Shown here: positions 31,138 to 39,966 of the stretch, one piece after another
Numbering within the stretch: the first letter of the stretch is position 1
Layout: each line of letters opens with the position of its first letter
IMG/VR virus record: IMGVR_UViG_3300021599_002733
Strand: one strand, 5' to 3'
Length of the DNA stretch: 64,000 nt
Origin: a virus
Notes under the pieces: generated by a model
What the model was told of the DNA's origin: nothing
Database searches by the model: none
What the model saw: the letters and a program-made list of their open reading frames with translations, nothing else
Translations under genes and position numbers: made by a program

Positions 31138-32393
31138 TAAGTAGTTTTAACTGTTTTAGATAAAATTTCAGTTAAAGTAGTTTTAATATTAGTTAATTGA
31201 GCTTTAACATTTGAGGAAGTAGTCATCATTCCTCCATCAGGTGCAGCTAAACCACCAGGCCAAAGTTGTTGTACTTCTAATACACTCACTAATGTAATTA
31301 ATGATTCTAGTACAATATCTAATTTATTGTATAATGTATCACCCATTACTCCACGCTCAATAGCGTTACTATCCCCTAAAAATATATTACTCGATTGAAT
31401 AACTGTTTTAGGCGCATCTATATTCACTGATTTGATTGAAGATAAACCAACTGATTGTTGCCCGCTAATTAATATATTGTCGGTTTTAGCGTTTAATATA
31501 ATTCTAGTTGAATTAAGAATTATTTGAGGTGAAGTAAATGTTTTAGGGTCTGGTGCTGATCCGTTATATGAGATTAGATTAGGTTGGGCTAAATTAAATG
31601 GTATCTTCTGGTTAGATGTTAAGTAAATAGAGGATAAATCATTGTTAATGTTTTCTGTAATGGGAATCCATCCTTCATCAGTTGAGTTAGTTGGTTGACC
31701 ATTCCTCAATATAGTGATAGGGTCACCATTATTTCCTCCTTCAGACCAATTGTTTTTATATTTACTTTGTGATTTAGAGGTAGAGCCAAAACGTAAACTA
31801 TTACCATATCTCCCCTCATGTATTATATCTCCTTCAAAGGGCATTAAAGGGTGTATGTTTGATTTTTCAACAAATGTTGCTTGACTAGGATTATCAAGAG
31901 AATTTACAACAATTTCTTGTGGTTGATTATCTACAATATTGATAGCTCCTGTCCCTATTTGAGTGTAATCTAAATTTTGAGATGCAGGGGTAATGTTTTG
32001 TGTAACTGAAGGGAATTGGTTTCCATTAGGTGTGGATGTACCGTATAATCCTAATGGTTCTTGGTATAACCATTGTATTCCATTACTATTGGGAATAGTG
32101 CTTTGAATGAGCTCAACGTGCTCATTTACAGTAGGGTATTTTTTAGTGTTAGAATTTGATGGAAGTGCTGTATATGTTTTCCCAAAGTTATTAGGTCTAG
32201 TTCCATACCCTATTATTAAACCCAATGAATTTAAACCATATGTACCATTTTGAATCAATGGATGGTTTTCATCCATTATGATATCAGTAACCCGTACTAT
32301 TAAGGGTTTTTTTCTTTCTCCGGAAAAATTCTTTGGTGCGTTCCCATTTGTAGCTCTATTAGTTAAAGCAGGAAAGCCAAACTTATGAGACAT
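31137..32393 (-). CDS. Baseplate hub/spike (gp5/VgrG-like) protein
   Basis: FEGD...EGRYGNSLRFG; QIILNS.RI..NAK beta-repeat region; baseplate context. Confidence 0.55.
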   Translation of the reverse strand: MSHKFGFPALTNRATNGNAPKNFSGERKKPLIVRVTDIIMDENHPLIQNGTYGLNSLGLIIGYGTRPNNFGKTYTALPSNSNTKKYPTVNEHVELIQSTIPNSNGIQWLYQEPLGLYGTSTPNGNQFPSVTQNITPASQNLDYTQIGTGAINIVDNQPQEIVVNSLDNPSQATFVEKSNIHPLMPFEGDIIHEGRYGNSLRFGSTSKSQSKYKNNWSEGGNNGDPITILRNGQPTNSTDEGWIPITENINNDLSSIYLTSNQKIPFNLAQPNLISYNGSAPDPKTFTSPQIILNSTRIILNAKTDNILISGQQSVGLSSIKSVNIDAPKTVIQSSNIFLGDSNAIERGVMGDTLYNKLDIVLESLITLVSVLEVQQLWPGGLAAPDGGMMTTSSNVKAQLTNIKTTLTEILSKTVKTT

Positions 32394-32733
32394 CTTTTGA
32401 TGGTGGGTTAAAATTTTTAACTTCAGCTAGTAGTTGTGCTTTTTCTTCTTCGGTCATTCCAAAATCAGCAGCATCTGATGACTCTGATGCTAAGGCACGT
32501 TGAACAATAGTGGCCATTTTAATAAGTTGTTCATCATTTCGGATTCCCAACTCCATATATTCTTTAATTAATGGAACTACTAAAGTAGCATCTCCTATAT
32601 CATTAATAAGGGGTTTAAGTTCATTGATAAGAGCAGAAATTTGCTCTTCTTTTTTCTTTTGGTTATTGTAAATTTCTTGGAAAATATCCGAAAGTTTTTT
32701 CTTACCAAATATATTTTTATCTAGAGTACTCAT
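32383..32733 (-). CDS. Helical hypothetical protein (possible terminase small subunit)
   Basis: Two-helix coiled coil of TerS-like size; follows the late sigma gene; late motif upstream. Confidence 0.35.
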   Translation of the reverse strand: MSTLDKNIFGKKKLSDIFQEIYNNQKKKEEQISALINELKPLINDIGDATLVVPLIKEYMELGIRNDEQLIKMATIVQRALASESSDAADFGMTEEEKAQLLAEVKNFNPPSKDVS

Positions 32734-32745
32734 AAAAAGATTTTG

Positions 32746-33474
32746 TTATAAATATCTTGCAGTACATTCTTTAAAATCTAGATAGTCATTTTCTAAATAA
32801 AATACGTAATTCTTTTTAAATATGTCTTGTAGAACAGTTACTATTTTGGTTATTTTGGGAGTTTTTACATCTATCATCTCATGTATATAAATGTAAAGAG
32901 CCTTTTTATTAAAAATATCTATACCATCTCTTTTACGGAATAACTCTAAGACTGCATCGGCAATTTGAGCATCATTACCTTTTGGAAAAATTGTATAAAT
33001 ATTCTCTGAAATGAAATCAACATAAGTATCTATAAAGTTAGATAACTTATCTTTGCTAGGACCACCCTCTAGAGTATAGGAATGGTTTTCATCTTTTTCA
33101 AGATCTTCAACAGATGATTTTTGGACTTTCTTCTTATAATTTTTCTCGTTATATAGAATTAACCATCGTTTTACGATAGTTCCAAAATAAGAATAGGCTT
33201 TGGCTCCATTTTCAGGATTAAATAAGTGGATTTTTGAAAGTAAAAATACTATAATCTCATGTTGAAGATGCTCTAAATCTTCTACTTCGGTATGGTAGAA
33301 TTTAAAGGTATGGATTATATTTTGAGTTAATTTGAAGAAAGCATAATGGATTTCTTCCTCATATATTTTATTTTTCTCGGATATAATAGAAGTGCTATTG
33401 TATCTAACAATAGCATCTTCTGTTTCTTGGGTAAAATATCTTCTTTTTTCCCTTACTTTTTTTGTTATCATCAT
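32746..33474 (-). CDS. Late-transcription sigma factor, T4 gp55-like
   Basis: FNPE.G.KAYSYFGTI.KR resembles the gp55/sigma region 2. Confidence 0.75.
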   Translation of the reverse strand: MMITKKVREKRRYFTQETEDAIVRYNSTSIISEKNKIYEEEIHYAFFKLTQNIIHTFKFYHTEVEDLEHLQHEIIVFLLSKIHLFNPENGAKAYSYFGTIVKRWLILYNEKNYKKKVQKSSVEDLEKDENHSYTLEGGPSKDKLSNFIDTYVDFISENIYTIFPKGNDAQIADAVLELFRKRDGIDIFNKKALYIYIHEMIDVKTPKITKIVTVLQDIFKKNYVFYLENDYLDFKECTARYL

Positions 33475-33755
33475 TGGATTCGAATCACCTTAAAGTCATT
33501 TAATATATCTTGTATTTGTTGTATAGATTCGAAAAAGAAACCAACTTCATCATCTGATTTAAAGGTTCCATTCCTATCTAATTCTTTTAATGTTTTATCC
33601 GAAATTTCAATAGCACGTGAAAGTCTATCAAGATACTCCATGTATGAAACCAGAACATCTTCTGCTTTTTCTTGCTTACGCATAAGATTAAATGTTGAAA
33701 ATCCAAAAAATACAACTAGTAAACTTAAAACAATTATTATAATATAAAGTATCAT
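33471..33755 (-). CDS. Membrane-anchored hypothetical protein
   Basis: N-terminal TM. Confidence 0.6.
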   Translation of the reverse strand: MILYIIIIVLSLLVVFFGFSTFNLMRKQEKAEDVLVSYMEYLDRLSRAIEISDKTLKELDRNGTFKSDDEVGFFFESIQQIQDILNDFKVIRIQ

Positions 33756-34546
33756 ATGTTATTTAATAAATTTTTTAAACCATTACTTTTAATTGAACCC
33801 AACGCTTTATCTTTGGTTGGAGTTTTCTTTACATTGGTTGGTTTATTCCCCAATGTATAATTTCCTTTCCCTCCATCCAAGTTCTTTTTTCCTTCTTTTA
33901 ACTTTGGTAACCATTCACGTTCAAATTCAATACGTGCTGCCATTAAGTCTGCCTGGTGTAAGATAAAAGGTAATGAAGTTCTTGGTTTTTGCTCGGGCAT
34001 AAAGTTCTTTAAATACTTGTTATTTGCCTCATCATATAAACCATCGTGAGTCTGGATAGCAATCATCTCATTAAATGTATATTGGATACCATGAGATTGT
34101 AAAAGGAATAACCCTCTATCTGGAACAGATGAAAATGGTACTTTAGTATTAAACATATAATCCTCACCTAACTTATCTTTACGCCATTGGTCTGTCTGGG
34201 GTATATAGGAATCCTCGGATTCATCACCCATTTTACCTAAATCATGGTTTAGTGCTGAGAATATCAATTCTTCAGTAGTAAAAGTAGACATATCACATCC
34301 TTCATCTTCCCATAATGTAGCTTGCTTGATAGCACATCGAATAACGCGTAAAACATGCTCTACATACCCTCCAGGGAAAGCATTATGGTATTCTTTCTTA
34401 TGCGCAGCAGGCATTAATATTAAACGATCAGCATATTTTTCATAAAATGCTAATAGTTTTTCTTTACGTGGTTCGGAAATATATTCATTAATATACCCCA
34501 TTAATTCATCCCAATTCTCTTGGATTTGTTCGGCTGTTAGATTCAT
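33752..34546 (-). CDS. HD-domain phosphohydrolase
   Basis: H..FPGGYVEH; HDLGK; HDG; HQAD. Confidence 0.85.
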   Translation of the reverse strand: MNLTAEQIQENWDELMGYINEYISEPRKEKLLAFYEKYADRLILMPAAHKKEYHNAFPGGYVEHVLRVIRCAIKQATLWEDEGCDMSTFTTEELIFSALNHDLGKMGDESEDSYIPQTDQWRKDKLGEDYMFNTKVPFSSVPDRGLFLLQSHGIQYTFNEMIAIQTHDGLYDEANNKYLKNFMPEQKPRTSLPFILHQADLMAARIEFEREWLPKLKEGKKNLDGGKGNYTLGNKPTNVKKTPTKDKALGSIKSNGLKNLLNNI

Positions 34547-34562
34547 AACTTTTATTTATTTA

Positions 34563-34730
34563 TTAATTTTCTCTTTCAACAATAGATTGTAAATCATTTA
34601 TAAGTTCATTCAATTCTCTTAGAGCATTTACCCTTTCCTCCGAACTTCCTCTATTAACAATAAAATCTAATTGTTTTAAACGTCCTTGTATTGTTTGAAT
34701 ACGACGCAATGCTAACTCTTTATTTCTCAT
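34563..34730 (-). CDS. Hypothetical protein
   Basis: Likely start MRNKEL. Confidence 0.5.
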   Translation of the reverse strand: MRNKELALRRIQTIQGRLKQLDFIVNRGSSEERVNALRELNELINDLQSIVEREN

Positions 34731-34830
34731 TTGATTTATATATAACCGGGACAACATTATCCCACATTTATCTAACTTTATTTCTCATATATCTAGGGTT
34801 TAAAAACCCCGTATGATCAATATACAAAAC

Positions 34831-35268
34831 CTATTTTACCACCTCCAAGTAATTTTCAACAAAATCTTGAATTTTCTTTATAAATGCACACTTTTCAAAC
34901 TCTTCATTCTCCTCAAAGTAATGTATGGAAAGTTTTAGGGCAGTTAAAAACTCATCATCACTAGATCTTCTTAAATCATTAAGCCATACTTCATCTGTTA
35001 AATCTGTCTGGCTTATCCAATACCAGGATCTATGGTACATCATAAACTCCCCAGCCAAATCAACACCATCCATGTCCATATCATCAGAAGATTTCTCAAA
35101 AAAAGCTATAACTTGCTTTTTAAAACTCATCCCATTCATAATCAGTTTGGTAAACATTCCAATTTTGAATAATGGAGTTTTCTTAAAAGTATCTAAATTC
35201 TCCGAAATCTCCTCTTCTTGGGGCCTGTTGTTAAAAAATGAAAAAAACCTACTTAAATCCATATCCAT
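34831..35268 (-). CDS. Hypothetical protein with UVR-like C-terminus
   Basis: EENEEFEKCAFIK. Confidence 0.5.
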   Translation of the reverse strand: MDMDLSRFFSFFNNRPQEEEISENLDTFKKTPLFKIGMFTKLIMNGMSFKKQVIAFFEKSSDDMDMDGVDLAGEFMMYHRSWYWISQTDLTDEVWLNDLRRSSDDEFLTALKLSIHYFEENEEFEKCAFIKKIQDFVENYLEVVK

Positions 35269-35273
35269 GACTT

Positions 35274-35486
35274 TTAATTTATTGAGTTTAATTTAAACTC
35301 TAATTCATCGATTTTGCGCTCAAGACTATTGATCTCAACATTTAAAGATTCATAAAGCGAAATAGGATTTATAAAGTATGGATTTGAAGGATGGTAAGCC
35401 CAAACCTCTTCTTTAACATAAGAAATTGCAATAAGTTGATTTTTCAAATCAATTAATTCGTCCTCTATATTTTGAATTTCACCCAT
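35274..35486 (-). CDS. Hypothetical protein
   Basis: ORF track. Confidence 0.55.
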   Translation of the reverse strand: MGEIQNIEDELIDLKNQLIAISYVKEEVWAYHPSNPYFINPISLYESLNVEINSLERKIDELEFKLNSIN

Positions 35487-35570
35487 GATTATTTTTTATT
35501 ACCCCACCTCACTCCTAATATACATATATACAAGATATGGTGGACAATTATTCGCCAATAAATATTATGA

Positions 35571-36044
35571 TTATTTGTATCTTTGACCTAACTCTAAAAT
35601 AGCCTCTTTAGCCTGTTCAATAGACATTTGAAAGAATTCCCTATCATTATTTACCCGATAATCCTTTAAATACTTATGAAGCTCAATCTCTAAAGCGTGA
35701 GCATTAAAGCATTTAAACGCGAATTCAACGTTAAACTTAACAGGTACGCCCGTTCCACGAGAAACCTGTTCTGCGCGTTTATCCGGTGTTTTTTCCGTAA
35801 AGCCTATTTTAACCAAATTTGGCATAGTTCTATTGGTTAATACATAAACCCAAGAATCACCATCACCTTCCCTATTTTCATACAGATTTTTCCTACGAGC
35901 AGTATAATACGTTACTTTATCCCATTCAGGTTTTTCAGAATCTGGTGTTAACGTATAAAAAGCTGGTTCTGATTTGGTAAAATCCTCTTCCACTGAAATA
36001 TAGGTGTGGGCTACGGATTCATCTATTCGTTTTATATTTGACAT
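35571..36044 (-). CDS. T5orf172/GIY-YIG domain protein
   Basis: VYVL.N..MPNLVKIGFT...R...TGVP...E..LH...REFF. Confidence 0.85.
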   Translation of the reverse strand: MSNIKRIDESVAHTYISVEEDFTKSEPAFYTLTPDSEKPEWDKVTYYTARRKNLYENREGDGDSWVYVLTNRTMPNLVKIGFTEKTPDKRAEQVSRGTGVPVKFNVEFAFKCFNAHALEIELHKYLKDYRVNNDREFFQMSIEQAKEAILELGQRYK

Positions 36045-36056
36045 AACCTTTATTTT

Positions 36057-36245
36057 TTATTTTTTAATAATCGTAGCAACTATAATAAGTATTATTGTTG
36101 CAATAATGGGAATCCAAATTGGGGAAAACACCCACCACCAAGACCAATATTGAACAGGGCCTATTTGAGCTAACTTTAGGGTTAAGAATATTAAAAACAA
36201 TATTGTACCTAATCCTAGACTACTGTTTGATTTATTATTCTCCAT
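36057..36245 (-). CDS. Small membrane protein
   Basis: LIFL.LKL...WSWWWV.SPIWI. Confidence 0.7.
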   Translation of the reverse strand: MENNKSNSSLGLGTILFLIFLTLKLAQIGPVQYWSWWWVFSPIWIPIIATIILIIVATIIKK

Positions 36246-36393
36246 CTTCTTGGTTATCTAGTTCTGAAAACAAAATATCTCCAAATGCATATCCAAAAAA
36301 GAAGAAAAATACTGGGTTTCCTGTTAGAGTACCTGTGATTAGGGAAACTATTCCAAAAATGACTTTAAACGGGTTTTTAAGTAACTTATCCAT
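36235..36393 (-). CDS. Small membrane protein (52 aa, not in track)
   Basis: MDKLLKNPFKVIFGIVSLITG...; promoter at about 36424. Confidence 0.55.
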   Translation of the reverse strand: MDKLLKNPFKVIFGIVSLITGTLTGNPVFFFFFGYAFGDILFSELDNQEDGE

Positions 36394-36459
36394 GACCTTT
36401 ATTTTTAATTATTAATATGATTAAATATACGAACAATATCTTGTATATCCAAATATACT

Positions 36460-36768
36460 TTGCTCTAAGGTGGAAAAATTTTAAAGATCTTCTTTTTGTG
36501 GATTTTGGATTTTTTAAAACTTTGGCAAAACCGGAAACGTGGATATATTTGTGGGTATGTATGTTTGGTATATAAGGATATATAAGTCGATGGGTAAAGA
36601 TTGTAAGAGTTATATGTGTGCATACAAGTCCACTCCCCCCACCACCCCCACCATATTGACACCGGCGCGCGTGGGGCCATACTACCTACTATATACCATA
36701 TATATACGCCCGGCGTACGTACCCCAGACCACCCCTATTAGGAGGGTGGATCTTGCGGGTCAATTTTT
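36460..36768. other. Non-coding GC-rich island 1 (C-tracts, palindromes, hairpin)
   Basis: CCCCCCACCACCCCCACC, GGCGCGC, TACGCC-C-GGCGTA, CCACCC..GGGTGG. Confidence 0.6.
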
Positions 36769-36930
36769 TTAAGAGCCAATTTTGCTATGAGTCAGCTCAC
36801 CATCTTCAAAGTAATAGAACGCCAAGCGCCCATCGGCTTGTTGGATGGTAATGTTAGCGGTTTCGGTTAGACACCCATCAATGTTGAGGATGGATTGTTG
36901 GTTTAATTCTACAAATGTGTATGCGCTCAT
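36769..36930 (-). CDS. Hypothetical protein (53 aa, not in track)
   Basis: MSAYTFVELNQQ...; manual translation. Confidence 0.5.
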   Translation of the reverse strand: MSAYTFVELNQQSILNIDGCLTETANITIQQADGRLAFYYFEDGELTHSKIGS

Positions 36931-36965
36931 ATGGTTTGATTTTACGTTAGGTTATTTATGCTGGG

Positions 36966-37175
36966 TTAATCTATTAATTCATATTTTGAATCCTCAATTA
37001 TGACATAAGTTAATTTAACTTCATATCCATCCATTATATCAAAAGATTCAACTTCATATGTTGTTGGGGTTAAAACATCTATTATTGTACCCTCTATCAT
37101 GTAATGGAAAGATGGGTTAGGGTGGATGGTTTTTATCCTTTGACCTATTTTTAATATGTTGAAAATTAAATCCAT
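36966..37175 (-). CDS. Hypothetical protein
   Basis: ORF track; repeat promoter upstream. Confidence 0.6.
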   Translation of the reverse strand: MDLIFNILKIGQRIKTIHPNPSFHYMIEGTIIDVLTPTTYEVESFDIMDGYEVKLTYVIIEDSKYELID

Positions 37176-37237
37176 GTGTTTTATCTTTAATTATGGTTTT
37201 AATATACGAACTTACCTCCATAAACCATATTCCATAG

Positions 37238-37306
37238 CCACCGAAAGCCCGGTTGCTCGGGCTCCAAGTGGAAGATAAACGGTTATGAAGCGTTGTCTTT
37301 TAATTG
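37238..37306 (-). ncRNA. Candidate antisense sRNA (UUCAUAACCGUUUAUCUU seed plus GC hairpin)
   Basis: Reverse complement of the array start motif; followed by the AGCCCG-agcaac-CGGGCT hairpin. Confidence 0.4.
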
Positions 37307-37409
37307 TGGTCAGGACAGGATTCGAACCTGTAACCCCTTATTTATTTGAGTGATTTCTAGAGGAGCTCTCTCACTTGGGGAGTGCGTCTACCAATTCCGC
37401 CACCTGACC
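37307..37409 (-). ncRNA. tRNA-like RNA (Leu-type D arm, intact acceptor stem and T arm) with non-canonical, enlarged anticodon/variable region
   Basis: GGTCAGG/CCTGACC-A acceptor; TGGCGGAATTGGTAGACGC; ACAGG-TTCGAAT-CCTGT; 103 nt. Confidence 0.75.
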
Positions 37410-37425
37410 ATATGTTGGGGGCTAT

Positions 37426-37797
37426 TTATTCTATACCACCATTGGCAGCTATTAATTCTACCAATTCAATGGATTCTGCCTCCACTTTAGCTTTAGCCGG
37501 GCGTCCACGCTTAACGGCTCCACCATTGGCTGCTGCTTTGGCTGCTAGTTCCGCTAATCGGATCTGTCTTACACTATCGGCTTTAACTGGTCGTCCAAGC
37601 TTAAGTTCACCATTGGCTTTTTTAGCCGCTAGTTCAGCTAGCCTTTGTTGTCTAACACTATCTGGATTAACTGGACGGCCTTGCTTACCCTCACCCGCTG
37701 CTTTTTTGGCTGCTAGTTCTGCCAAACGGATTTGACGAGCACTGTTTGAATTAACTGGACGACCTAATTTTGCTGTTTCTACATTTACATTTTTCAT
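37426..37797 (-). CDS. AT-hook-like (GRP) tandem-repeat protein
   Basis: Three repeats of about 28 aa (K.GRPV..DSVRQ.RLAELAAK) and a terminal KRGRP. Confidence 0.7.
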   Translation of the reverse strand: MKNVNVETAKLGRPVNSNSARQIRLAELAAKKAAGEGKQGRPVNPDSVRQQRLAELAAKKANGELKLGRPVKADSVRQIRLAELAAKAAANGGAVKRGRPAKAKVEAESIELVELIAANGGIE

Positions 37798-37817
37798 AAC
37801 CTTAATTTTTTGCTTTT

Positions 37818-38012
37818 TTAATTATACTTTAATATACGAAATTGATTTATTATCTCTAAGTCCTTATTGTCTAATTGAATAAATTTGGTTTTGGTTTCTC
37901 CCTCAAACATAACTATCCAACGTTTATTACTACCGTCTTCCCTTAAGATACTACTTACTTTTTTCAAAAACTTAATTTCAATTAAGCTAATAACATTTTT
38001 TAAATCAACCAT
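37818..38012 (-). CDS. Hypothetical protein
   Basis: ORF track; its 3' end runs through the promoter repeat. Confidence 0.55.
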   Translation of the reverse strand: MVDLKNVISLIEIKFLKKVSSILREDGSNKRWIVMFEGETKTKFIQLDNKDLEIINQFRILKYN

Positions 38013-38057
38013 TTTATCTATCTTTAATTATGGTTCAATATACGAACTCTATTTCAA

Positions 38058-38132
38058 TTAACATCTTCCCTTTAACACTATATATTTAATATAAGCAAGG
38101 GCAAAAACACATATCCACAATACCACTGTCAT
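38058..38132 (-). CDS. Hydrophobic micropeptide (24 aa)
   Basis: MTVVLWICVFALAYIKYIVLKGRC. Confidence 0.45.
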   Translation of the reverse strand: MTVVLWICVFALAYIKYIVLKGRC

Positions 38133-38133
38133 A

Positions 38134-38214
38134 CTATTTCTTTAAAGTATATTTAATAATTCCACTCCACAAGACAACATTTAATCCAATCATCATTAAC
38201 AATACTACTGTCAT
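38134..38214 (-). CDS. Hydrophobic micropeptide (26 aa)
   Basis: MTVVLLMMIGLNVVLWSGIIKYTLKK. Confidence 0.45.
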   Translation of the reverse strand: MTVVLLMMIGLNVVLWSGIIKYTLKK

Positions 38215-38215
38215 A

Positions 38216-38296
38216 TCAATCTAAAACATTAAATAAACACTCAATACATTTTACTACTCCAAGTAACAACAAAACATAAACTAAACCACTTATCAT
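38216..38296 (-). CDS. Hydrophobic micropeptide (26 aa)
   Basis: MISGLVYVLLLLGVVKCIECLFNVLD; directly after the repeat promoter and leader. Confidence 0.5.
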   Translation of the reverse strand: MISGLVYVLLLLGVVKCIECLFNVLD

Positions 38297-38338
38297 ATCT
38301 TTTATCTTTAATTATGAATCAATATACGAAATGTTTAT

Positions 38339-38647
38339 TTAAACTGCTATTCCTTTTTTATCAAGAACCCCATTCAACATAAAAACCACATCACCAAGAT
38401 ACCCATCCCTAGCCAGGTCATCCAAATCATATATTTCCTCATCCCAATATGAACCACAACAATCACATCCAAAACTTTCCAGTTTACCTAACACAACATA
38501 GTTGCCTTCAAAATTAATCCATCTGATTTTTAGTTGTAGTACTGAATCAACTGTTTCATCAGCCAATTCATCATCAAAATCAATATCTTTAATTTTTCCA
38601 AATTGTTGGAACAAATCACATGCCTCTGCAAATTCTCTAGCTGTCAT
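38339..38647 (-). CDS. Acidic hypothetical protein (CDCC motif)
   Basis: ORF track; repeat promoter. Confidence 0.6.
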   Translation of the reverse strand: MTAREFAEACDLFQQFGKIKDIDFDDELADETVDSVLQLKIRWINFEGNYVVLGKLESFGCDCCGSYWDEEIYDLDDLARDGYLGDVVFMLNGVLDKKGIAV

Positions 38648-38871
38648 AACGTTTTATCTTTTTAATTATGGTTCAATATACGAACTTTATTTATTATCAC
38701 TAAGTCCTGAAATAAAATCCAAACATTTCTGTTTTACCTTAAAACTTACCTTACACCCATCCAGGTGAAAAAAGTAACCAATCTCATTATCAAACATTAC
38801 CAAAATTCCCTTATACACAAATGTATTATTCATAACCTTTATCTTTAAATATAATTCAATATACGAACTAT

Positions 38872-39066
38872 CTATTTAAACCACTCGTCCTCATCACCAA
38901 ACCAGTTATCATCCTCCACCCGGGTGATATCACACCTTTCATACCCCTGACCTTCATATTCCATGGAACCCACAATTCGATCCACCACCCACTTGTTCTC
39001 CACCTCAAATGTTCTTCCATCGTGGGGTCCACCTATAACCTTTACAATATATTTTACCATATCCAA
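38872..39066 (-). CDS. Hypothetical protein
   Basis: ORF track. Confidence 0.55.
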   Translation of the reverse strand: MDMVKYIVKVIGGPHDGRTFEVENKWVVDRIVGSMEYEGQGYERCDITRVEDDNWFGDEDEWFK

Positions 39067-39237
39067 TTAATTAAAAGCCACTTGGTACAACACTAAAGTG
39101 GCTGCGTTCACGTCAGGTATTTCACCTAAATCTTTATTCTGAAATTTTACAATGTTGATCAGGTCTCGTCCTGTGGTTTCGCCTGTTAAAGCATGTTTCA
39201 CTGCTGATTTGTAATCTTTTTTAACTTTTGTTTTCAT
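39067..39237 (-). CDS. Hypothetical protein (56 aa, not in track)
   Basis: MKTKVKKDYKSAVKHAL...; canonical leader. Confidence 0.6.
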   Translation of the reverse strand: MKTKVKKDYKSAVKHALTGETTGRDLINIVKFQNKDLGEIPDVNAATLVLYQVAFN

Positions 39238-39311
39238 AACCTTTATCTTTAAATATGTCTTAATATACGAAAGTAGCTTTAATTAGCTACTTCCTTTTAT
39301 TATTATTTTAT

Positions 39312-39527
39312 TTAAAATTCATAAATTTCATTCCAATTCCCTTTAATATAATCAACTTCACTCATATCATCTATATAATTATAACAAAAATCAAAATAAT
39401 TCTCATATTTTATTTCTTTATCTTCCTCAAACTCATTTAAAAAATCATTTAATATTTCTTCATCTTCATAACTTTCAATAATTTCTTTTACAAAATTATA
39501 ATCTCTTACTTTAAATTTAACTTTCAT
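39312..39527 (-). CDS. Very acidic small protein (possible DNA mimic)
   Basis: D/E and aromatic rich. Confidence 0.55.
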   Translation of the reverse strand: MKVKFKVRDYNFVKEIIESYEDEEILNDFLNEFEEDKEIKYENYFDFCYNYIDDMSEVDYIKGNWNEIYEF

Positions 39528-39568
39528 AACTTTTATCTTTAAATATGTCTGAGTATACGAAAAGAGCT

Positions 39569-39925
39569 TTAATTAAGCTCTTCCTTTTTAGTAAATGTTT
39601 CAATAATTTCAATTTCAAATACCTCATAATTATGATGTTTTAATTGAGTTGTGAATTTAGGACCTGGTATATTTCTTCTTTTACCATCTTCATTTAATAT
39701 TAATTGAGAACGGTCAATAGTTGTAATATAATTTTCTAGTCCTAGATTTTCAAATGATTTAACTTGTTTAAAACGTTTTTTCTTTAAACCTGATAGGTCC
39801 CCCACTTGAAATTCTTTAAAATACCCCATAGAGATATTATGTTTATAATGATTATTTATTTCTTTAATACCTAATTCATTTAAACCATATAATTTAACCT
39901 CAATCTCTTTTTTCACTTTTCTCAT
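39569..39925 (-). CDS. Hypothetical protein
   Basis: Likely start MRKVKK after the GGTT leader. Confidence 0.6.
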   Translation of the reverse strand: MRKVKKEIEVKLYGLNELGIKEINNHYKHNISMGYFKEFQVGDLSGLKKKRFKQVKSFENLGLENYITTIDRSQLILNEDGKRRNIPGPKFTTQLKHHNYEVFEIEIIETFTKKEELN

Positions 39926-39966
39926 AACCTTTATCTTTAAATATGTCTCAATATACAAAAAGAGGC

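Noticed and set aside
36465-36772. ORFs 36465-36680(-) and 36539-36772(+)
   Set aside because: Atypical composition within a palindromic GC island; more likely non-coding.
37345-37365. CTCTAGA in the tRNA-like element read as an amber-suppressor (CUA) anticodon loop, implying recoding
   Set aside because: The flanks do not form an anticodon stem. Long ORFs are intact under code 11 and TAG is used as a stop.
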